64,000 nucleotides of DNA from Gordius albopunctatus. Taxonomy: Eukaryota. The stretch covers positions 1,116,001-1,180,000 of the forward strand of contig OZ193910.1 in assembly GCA_964276515.1 (NCBI GenBank), written 5' to 3'. Position numbers and translations under genes: made by a program. Below are positions 55,864 through 64,000 of the stretch, piece after piece (position 1 is the stretch's first letter; every line of letters begins with the position of its first letter). The notes beneath the pieces are model-generated. The model saw nothing but the letters and a program-made list of their open reading frames with translations, ran no database searches and was not told where the DNA came from.

Positions 55864-57501
55864 GGGGAGACCGGGGCTATTCCTTTACCGGGGCTATACA
55901 CGTCCTCTCAATTAATTTTGTCATTTATGCTTATTTTGACCTCAAATTTTAATCTTAAATGTACTTTATTAAGGCACATATTAGGCACAAAAAATATTTG
56001 GGTTAACTTTTGTTACAAAAAAATTATGCAGAAAATAAGATTTTTCGGGGCTAAAACGTCCTTTTTTAAATTTTCGAATTTTGTCCATTATTCACAAATT
56101 AATTGTTCCGCCAACTTTAAACATATACTAAAGTAATAAGTATTGACTCTTTTACTATATTTATGTGTAAATTTATAAATTTGACGAGTTTAATCAGCTA
56201 TAAAAACAACTTAAAGTGCAATGATCATGCTGGGGCTATCGCGGCCGGGGCTATCGTTTCCCTTTCACTCATTCATTATTTAATATGGTGCAATAATTCT
56301 ATATCTTAATTCCATTTTTGATAATTATCCACTTAATATGACATTTTGGTATCAATAAAGCATTTAAATCATTGATTCTAAAACAAAAATCTTAGGAAAG
56401 GCACTTTTTTAAATCATTTTATAAAGCTTTATATTAATAGGTTATAAACTTTTTAGTATTTTTACAATTTAAGCAAACTCCCTTAAGTCATTAATTTTAA
56501 CATAAAAAGCACAAATATCTGATAATAAAATTATTATTTGAAACTTTATAAAGCCTGTATAAACTTATGTTTCTGCAATTTATGCCATGCACTTAGTCTA
56601 TATCATTTACAGTTTAATTTATCAATGCCTAATTCATGGGTAGAATATGAATAAGCAGGTGCTGATTGGTTTTCATCTTTTATTAAAAGACCTGATTTTA
56701 TTAAGGACTCCAGTATGCAATAAATTTAAACTTTAATTCCATTTCATGATTGTCAAGTTTATGTGACACTTTTATATTAATAAAACATTAAAATCAATGA
56801 TTTCAACTTAATAATCTCTGTAAAAACACATTTACCTTATATTCTGTTTATGAAGCTTTATAAGCTATAAAAGAAAAACGTAATATTTAACAATATTATA
56901 AATTATCATGTGAAACTTTATATTATAAGCTATAAAAGACAAACTTAATATTTAACAATATTATAAAATATCATATGAAACTTTATAAGCTACAAAAGAC
57001 AAACTTTTAATATCTAGCAATATTATAAATAGCAATATTATAATTTATTATATGAAACTTTATAGCTTTAAAAAACAAATTTATAATATTATAGCAATTA
57101 TAAATTATTGTATGAAACTATATATGTTATGAAAGATAAACTTTTACTATTTTAGAAATTATAAATTATTATATGATACTTGATATACTACAAAAGACAA
57201 ACTTTTAATATTTAAGCACATCACATAAGTTATTTATACTATTTAAACTTTAAATTATAGAGGACACCTTAGCCCCTTTTGAAGGTCACCTTAACCCCGG
57301 TCATTTTTCGAAGTTATACGAGTTGTCTTTTTTTTGAAACCTTTCTATAAAAAATCTATTAGCTGTATTGCCATAATATTTTTCCCTATAATAAACATTT
57401 TGGGCAAGAACATTTTTCTGAAAAAATTATATAAAAATTGGTTGAAAATTTTTGTCCAGGCCTGTTTGATTTTTTATGGCTACGATAGCCCCGGTCTCCC
57501 C
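55864..57501 (+). mobile_element. Complete 1638-bp non-autonomous pogo-type element
   Basis: TA|GGGGAGACCGGGGCTAT ... ATAGCCCCGGTCTCCCC|TA: perfect 17-bp TIR with TA TSD. Confidence 0.9.
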
Positions 57502-57806
57502 TATTACTACGCATTAAAAATTAGTGCAAACTTTGACTCAAACTTATTATAAAAATGACAATATGCAACTTTTTGGAAAAAAACTGCGATAAAAAATAGT
57601 GACAAAATATGATGCAACAGAGTTAGCTTGCAATAGATTTTTAATTTAAATGAATTTTCCAATCTAGCACTTGGTAATAACAATAACTTATAAATAATTT
57701 CTTCCCTATTTAAGTGTTAAAATAATTAAAAATATGTTAACATTTAAAATTGATGCACAACACAATAAGAAGAAATTTATATTATATCCAAGATGGCCGC
57801 TTGCGG

Positions 57807-57896
57807 AAATACATACGCCCATGTTGCTACGTCTCAAAATACATACGCCCATGTTGCTACGTCTCAAAATACATACGCCCATGTTGCCACGTCTTA
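57807..57896 (+). repeat. 30-bp tandem repeat x3 (AAATACATACGCCCATGTTGCTACGTCTCA)
   Basis: Two exact copies plus one with 2 mismatches. Confidence 0.95.
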
Positions 57897-57898
57897 AT

Positions 57899-57959
57899 GA
57901 CCAATTAAAAACAGCCACTGCAATATCAGATGTTTCCTACCTCGCTCAAACTATAAATA
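57899..57959 (+). promoter_or_regulatory. Putative core promoter (CCAAT 57901, TATAAATA 57952) of the micro-exon gene
   Basis: Canonical order and spacing, 70-130 nt upstream of CCACCATG; weak evidence on its own in AT-rich DNA. Confidence 0.45.
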
Positions 57960-58027
57960 TGGGCACGTATTGAGTAGATTCACCATTTTAAAATTTTGAC
58001 TTAACCTTTTACCCTTCCTCATCCACC

Positions 58028-58807
58028 ATGTTTAAATTTCTTTTGTTCGCCTGCATTGCTCTAGCTGTTACAGACTCGTTACTTGGACAACAAGCTGAGT
58101 AAAATATTTATTAACAATCAATAAATATTGTAATCAATCTTTATAGAAATGAGCTTCCCGTAAGTGAAATTTGATTTTATTTTAATCAAAAATTATCACA
58201 ATTTAATTACCAATAATTTTTAGAATTGTTTGGGAGATAAGTAAGTTATCGCTCATGCCATGTTTATAGTTTTTAGGACAAAGTTTATCTTTGAAACATA
58301 TTTAGCTGAAATGTATTTAACATGCCTTCTATATTTTGTTTAGTGAGAGTCATTTTACTCTATACCTAGCCAGATACTTCCCTGTTATAAACCTAACCAT
58401 AACCGTAATTGAAAGTAATAAGTTCCGACATTAAAAATTGTTTGTGTTCCATATTTTAATTCTCATTTTTTCAAGATTTGTTATTAATAAATATGGTTTT
58501 TTTAAAATCATTGACTTTGAAACATTCACTACACGTATCTTGTATATATAGAAGATAGAGATCCAGAAGGTAAATCCATGCATACTACAAAAAATATATA
58601 AATAAAATTAAAATGGGGCAAATTTTTTGCTGAAATATAAGATTTTAGCGTCGTCTTACAATCAAATTTAATATATAGAGAGATCTACAAAGGATGAGGA
58701 CGGCCGTAAGTGATTCGATTTTTCATCGTAATTCCATGGTTTTTATTTCGCACACATCTTACATATATGTATATTGATGAGTCTACACAACATGTGTTTT
58801 AGATTAA
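58028..58807 (+). CDS. Micro-exon gene for a small secreted protein (~94 aa; alternative 3' frame gives 115 aa, ending 58877)
   Basis: CCACCATG start; signal peptide MFKFLLFACIALAVTDS; exons 58028-58098, 58147-58159, 58224-58240, 58277-58312, 58344-58421 (or 58414), 58476-58495, 58552-58569, 58679-58705, 58803-end. All introns GT..AG, three GTAAGT donors, frame stays open. Confidence 0.7.
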
Positions 58808-59486
58808 TTGCAAGCATTTTGGCATAAATAGATACCCTAATCCTGCTTTTGTTTCATTTAATTTCCCAATATCGTGAATTATAATGATTGCACTGCTTTT
58901 AATTAAACATCATATTTAATTTTAAACGCTTGCGATCAATCGAAAATGGTTGTAAAGAGTAAATGCTGGTCGCTAATTAAAACTCGATTTTTAATCAATC
59001 TAGCGATGTACATTTTCCCCTACAATTATGAAAATGGTTACCTGACTATAACCCTTCCTCCTAAAGCATCGGTTAAAATTTTTCCTTTAAATTTAAATAT
59101 TTTTAACCTTTTATCATTATATATATATATATCATGTATATATATTCATATAAAATATAGGTATCTGCGCAACATTTGACACCGGTTGACAATAAACGTC
59201 AACCGATTTGTACTTTTGGAAATTTGAAACATGCGATAAAGAATGACAATGATTATCCAATGAGATTTCATATCAAAATTTAAACAAAATGATAATTTTG
59301 TCAACCATTTATTTCATTATTTACCTTAATAAAGCAATCTAAAATGTATGCAGGAATTACTTATTAACAACTTTATTGAAAGAGGGAAGTAAAATGCGTC
59401 TAGATCTACACAATTATTAAGATGAAAAGAGAGAGTAAAAAATGAATTCTCGTTGCCTCCATTAGAGATTTTTAGATTATATAAGC

Positions 59487-60432
59487 TAGAGACCTGGAAC
59501 GGGCCTATTTTGCTTGGTCGGCCAGTCCGATTCAAAAATTTCTAGGCCCGACCCTGGCCCGCTGAAAAAAAGAAAAATTTGGCCCGGTGTAACGTACAGA
59601 AATGTTGAACGTTGTAAAATAGCGAACCACAATCCCGATTTGCTATTCGTTAAAAGCACAAAATGATGAGTTTTGACGTTTAGCACGTGTTTTTTTACTA
59701 GAAGGGGATTGGGTGGGGATTTGCAAAAAGCAACGTTACTTTTGACGATCCCATTGTTATACTTATACCATAGCGTTTTTAAATTTGAACTTCAATTATC
59801 CCATATATGAATTAGAGATAGATGACTAATATATTTAACTGATATAATAACATTTTCTAAGGAGGTAGATGCTAATATTTTTTACCCTCTTAGGGTGTTT
59901 TGCCCCTCCCCCTATTTTTGACCCTCTTTCTTACCAGAGGGGAGGGGGGGGGGTGGTGTGTTTTGCCCCCCTCCTCCATATTTTTGAAGCGTCGTGAAAA
60001 TGGATACTACACCTGTGTAAGAATTTAAAATAATCATAAAAATACTTGTTGTAAAATATAGCTGTAGTTAACTTTGCTGAATATTCAGGTCTTACTTATA
60101 AAGTATAAATTCAAATTTCGCAGTACTTTTTGTAAATGTATGAATGAAAAAGAAAAAGTAAGTGTGTTTGTGTTGCGTATTAGGACACAAAAAAATAAAT
60201 TTAAATAAAAAAACAGTTTAAATATAAGACGTTTGTCTTTGTTTAAGTTGTAATTATTTTAAAGTATTTATTACTACACAAATAAAAAATTAACTATTTT
60301 GCAACGAGCTTTTAACGGGCCTAGCTAAATCTAGGGCCCCCGACCCGCTTGATTTGTCGGCCCGTTGTTTTTTTAAGTCCAAAGCCCGCCCATACCCGAC
60401 CCGCGGGCCGGGCCGGGCCGTGCAGGTCTCTA
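59487..60432. mobile_element. 946-bp non-autonomous hAT element, probably with nested inserts
   Basis: TIR TAGAGACCTG / CAGGTCTCTA; perfect 8-bp TSD ATATAAGC; GGCCC/CCCGA subterminal motifs. Confidence 0.9.
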
Positions 60433-60802
60433 ATATAAGCTACTAGAATATTTTAATAAAATAAATCTTGCTGTTGTTTTGCACTTTATAATATATATAT
60501 TCACAACTAATTATTTGCTAAGTATTTAACGTTAAAAACTTCTAACCTAATTGAGCGTTGGGATAATTTAATCCAATTTCCCAAACTATTTATTAAGTGG
60601 TCCATTGAGCCGAATAAATAGAAAATAATGATAAAATATGTTTATTTAGTTTGCTCAGACAGTCAAGTGTCAACATTATCAACCGATAAGCAATATTAAG
60701 TTTTATAAGATTAATCAATCTAGATTTTAGTGAAAAGGATGTGTATGTATTATTCATTCCAATTGCAAAAAAAATGGCTGGAAATGACAACAACTTTTCA
60801 TA

Positions 60803-61128
60803 CAGGCGCCTAGCCAAGGTGGCAGAAAGTGGGACTTTTCTACCAAAATGTGAATTTTTTTCTGATTAGTAATTAGATTAAATGGGTTAAAATATTATAG
60901 TTTCGTTGCATAAAAGATTTTGAGACACTTATAAAAGTCTGGAAAGATCATATATAAGCGATACTGATTAATGAAGAGAAGAGATTTTTCCAAAGCTGGT
61001 CATATAGCAGCGCCTTGAGGTTTCGCATATATTGTACTCGAAGTGTATTTTTGTTACATTATAAATAAAAGTGTCGAATTATTTTTTGAATTTTTCCTCC
61101 TCCTTGAGAAAATCCTGGGTACGCGCTG
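60803..61128. mobile_element. Degenerate hAT MITE
   Basis: Imperfect TIR CAGGCGCCTAGCCA / TGGGTACGCGCTG; imperfect TSD TTTTCATA / CATTCATA. Confidence 0.5.
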
Positions 61129-61414
61129 CATTCATACGCACGCGTTAAGATGTATCAAGCAAATTTTTTCCACTTTTTCTAATAATTTTTAAATATAATG
61201 TTTTAGATTAAAATACATCTTTGTGTAAAGGCGAGGTTAATTTACACTAACTCAGTAAGTGTTAGATTAATGTGTTAGGCTTTAAGATAGATTTTTAGAG
61301 AGACCTGATATATTAAATGACAAAATTGATCCACGATTCTGACACCAATTTCACATCCTTATGATGCGATTTACGAAATGAGGGAATAGGGGAATATATT
61401 GGGCCGGTGTAACA

Positions 61415-62062
61415 TAGAGCCCTGATTTTAAAATACCTTTGCGTCGGGTCGGGTTGAAGGTTATAAATCTTACATTGTATAACAAACATATCTTTCATGT
61501 GGATTTGTCCGGTTGGGAGAAATGTGCAGATGAAAATGTTCAAGAAAAAGATAAACTTGAGGAATATATTCATTATAAACTTACAAAAAAGGATGATGAA
61601 ATATATGACACATTAGAATGGTGGAGGGAGAATACATTCTTATAAATATCCTGTTATAGAGTTATTGGCTCGTAAATTTCTGGCCATACCTGCTGCCTCC
61701 TCTGCGTCCACTGAGAGATCTCATTCTACAGCTGGACGAGTTTTAGAAGATAGGAGGTCGAGTTTACGGCCTGAAATTGTAGACGCTATTATATTTATAC
61801 ATAATTATAATAATTCTGTCAAATAAATTTATTATTCAGTTTCTGAAAGCTCCCAATTTATTTTGGCAAATCAATTTAAAATGTTTAAAACGCGTTCGTG
61901 TCTGGTCGTTTTTGGGTTGAAAATTTTTTAAACGCTTTCGGATCGGGTCGGATTCGGGTGGAACATTTTAAAACGTTTTGGGTTGGGTCGAGTTCGGGTT
62001 GAAAAATTAAAAACGCTTTCGGACCGGGTCGGGTTGAAAAAAAGTGACTTTGCAGGGCTCTA
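61415..62062 (+). mobile_element. 648-bp hAT deletion derivative carrying the dimerisation-domain coding region
   Basis: TIR TAGAGCCCTG / CAGGGCTCTA; TSD GTGTAACA / GTGTACCA; LEWWRENT, YPVIELLARKFLAIPAASSASTERSHSTAGRVLEDRRSSLRPEIVDAIIFIH (frameshifted, ~61500-61825). Confidence 0.92.
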
Positions 62063-62155
62063 GTGTACCATCCATTTTTTAGTTCGTTAAAATATTCTCC
62101 ACGTCAATCAAAATGTCAATCATATAAATTCATTTTTATAGCAAAAAAATTTCTT

Positions 62156-62360
62156 ATTGGCTGATTTAACGTCAATCAATTATTTTGTATTAAGGTTTGT
62201 AAACTATAATAAACAAATTCAATTAATTTATATAATTATAAGAATTTTTTATAAAATTTATTTTTATTTGGCTGATTTAACGTCAATCAATTATTTTGTA
62301 TTGATAAATCATTTTGTATTAAGTTTTTTAAACTATAATAAACAAATTCAATTCAATTAA
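62156..62360 (+). repeat. ~111-bp tandem duplication
   Basis: TTGGCTGATTTAACGTCAATCAATTATTTTGTATT and AAACTATAATAAACAAATTCAATT each occur twice. Confidence 0.75.
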
Positions 62361-62374
62361 TTTATATGTATTAA

Positions 62375-62510
62375 CATGAGCGTAGACAGGTTTTGGATTG
62401 GGGGGGGGGGGCAAAATGTAATTTTTTTAATTTTTAAGGGTTTTTGCACTTAAAATTTTTTCTTTCGCCATTTAGGGGGGTGGGGGGCAGCCCCCCTTGC
62501 TACGCCCATG
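62375..62510. mobile_element. 136-bp MITE related to the CATGGGCGTAG hAT family
   Basis: CATGAGCGTAG / CTACGCCCATG termini with poly-G/poly-C subtermini; no TSD visible. Confidence 0.6.
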
Positions 62511-62794
62511 AAAAGCATGTTTTGTCAAAGATCAATATTAGACATTGGAATAAGAATAATGTAATTTATTTGAAGCAAATGTAAAGTAAAAACAGTATAA
62601 ATAAAAAAATTGTAACAATTAAAAATATTTGATAAACAACTATCATAAATATAATTAAAAAATTTAAATTGTGTTGAATATATAATGCGTGAGTATCTTT
62701 GGGATAATTAAGTGGGTAAGAAACCCATTTTTGATATTGCAATGAAAATACAATGCATGTATAGGAATATTAAATGCATAAGAAAATATCAATA

Positions 62795-63272
62795 TGCAAT
62801 GATGCAGCTCTGGGGTGTATTTATCAATCTTGGATGTATCTTTTTGACACATACTACAGCCATTTAAATATGCTGTGACATCCTCAGTAAAATGAGGACA
62901 CCAATACCTATTTTTTATATTATTTAGTTTGCATAAAATTATAACCAGTACTTTTCACTAATCTAGGTCCTTGTACGGTTTATTCCAATATGTGACCCAA
63001 AACTTTGGCCTACAATAGTTGCTTCCCTACCATTGTGATACAAAGTAAGGATCTCTGTTTCTTTTCCTCAGGATCCATAACTACCCTTAAATCCTTCTCT
63101 AACAAAATAAAAAAGTGTAACTTTAAGTACCTGTTTTCTGGTTGCAGTTTTTTTACAAACAGAAAATTTCCTTTAACATAGTAATCATTTAATTTCCTCT
63201 AACAAAATAAGTTCTTTGTTTACGTGTAAAAATTTCTGGTATAGTTCCATTAACAAATATTCTTTAATGTCA
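62795..63272 (-). pseudogene. Intron-containing Ginger/GIN1-like integrase relic (N-terminus plus H2C2 zinc-binding domain)
   Basis: DIKEYL, KDLRVVMDPEEK, EILTLYH...GSHIGINRT..ISEK|YWCPHFTEDVTAYLNGCSMCQK...PELH; introns 63099-63130 (32 nt) and 62908-62951 (44 nt); frameshifts and stops; truncated before the DDE core. Confidence 0.75.
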
Positions 63273-63339
63273 CTAAAACAATATTCTGCTATTTTATAAA
63301 ATTTAAGAAACATATAGCAATCTGATATTATAATATAAC

Positions 63340-63510
63340 AACTATTTGAAATATTAAGTGTAACACCATTAACTTACTAATAAATATGTTTAAATTTTAT
63401 ATATTCAGATAATAAAATTCTAAGTGTAACATCAATATCTGGCTAATAAATATGTTTAAATTTCATATATTCAGATAATAAAATTCTAAGTGCAACATCA
63501 ATAACTTAAA
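63340..63510. repeat. ~66-bp AT-rich tandem repeat, ~2.5 copies
   Basis: CTAATAAATATGTTTAAATTT.ATATATTCAGATAATAAAATTCTAAGTG.AACATCAATA repeated. Confidence 0.75.
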
Positions 63511-64000
63511 TGTTACATTAATAACTTACTGCTGGACACAAGTTGAGTTGATACAAATTTCACAGTGATTTTAACAAATTTTTTTCAATCACGTTATCAT
63601 AAAAGACACATGATATGTCAAAAACATATCATTTCGTGGTTTCAACCAATGAGAATGCGTATTTCACGTGGAGACGGATTCTGATGGAGACACTTTCTCG
63701 CGTTATATGCGTTGTGTACGCGTATACAAGGGGGGGGGGGAGTAACACAGACGTAAGGGAAATTAGATGGGGAGGAAAGGAGGTAATCCACCCACAGTAT
63801 ACCACACAAAGATTTGTGGATTTAAGCTTGCTTAGTTGAGAGGGCACCCACGAATTCGATATTCATGAGGGCCATTTGGACGTGTTATCGAAAATTGTTG
63901 CCAGGGTACTTCACATTCGATCTTGTTGATTTAGGTGTCAATGTCAGCCTCCATTAGCATAGAAAAAGGGGAGTGAAGGAGGGCAGAGAGGGGAAGAGCG

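Larger units (their letters stand above)
35825..57354 (+). repeat. ~1.3 tandem copies (D, E) of the 16.4-kb unit; the last complete unit is ~40942-57354
   Basis: Internal period 16413 (ORF 37657 recurs at 54070); identity with the other copies stops after CTTTCTATAAAAAA at ~57354. Confidence 0.97.

Noticed and set aside
63199..63223. Apparent 25-nt GT-AG intron on the minus strand
   Set aside because: It reads well as coding sequence (TRKQRTYFVR) matching the GIN-like N-terminus; a frameshift explains it better.
63730..64000. More GC-rich terminal segment, possibly a retroelement fragment
   Set aside because: No recognisable motif in any frame, and it is cut off by the window edge.

Overview
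Very AT-rich eukaryotic DNA that is dense in transposon remnants and has short GT-AG introns (31-64 nt in several places); the organism cannot be identified from the sequence. About 57 kb of the window is a near-identical ~16.4-kb unit seen in five full or partial passes over three contigs: 1-11731 forward, 11932-35624 inverted and 35825-57354 forward. Two 200-N gaps separate the contigs, and both gaps look like fold-back junctions. The unit boundary is a fusion of a truncated pogo-type element to a CRE-clade non-LTR fragment (9544/9545); the intact pogo element survives only where the array exits into unique DNA (55864-57501). Each unit carries: one spliced gene for an unknown signal-peptide protein (ATG 4265, missed by the ORF track), a hammerhead-ribozyme-like motif (26094-26188), two decayed CRE retrotransposon pieces, several hAT derivatives with 8-bp TSDs, pogo elements with TA TSDs and a small Helitron. 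The unique tail (57355-64000) holds a micro-exon gene for a small secreted protein (ATG 58028, exons as short as 13-36 nt), further hAT elements and an intron-containing Ginger/GIN-like integrase relic. Most ORFs in the supplied track are spurious or transposon fragments. All gene models were spliced by eye and need RNA evidence.
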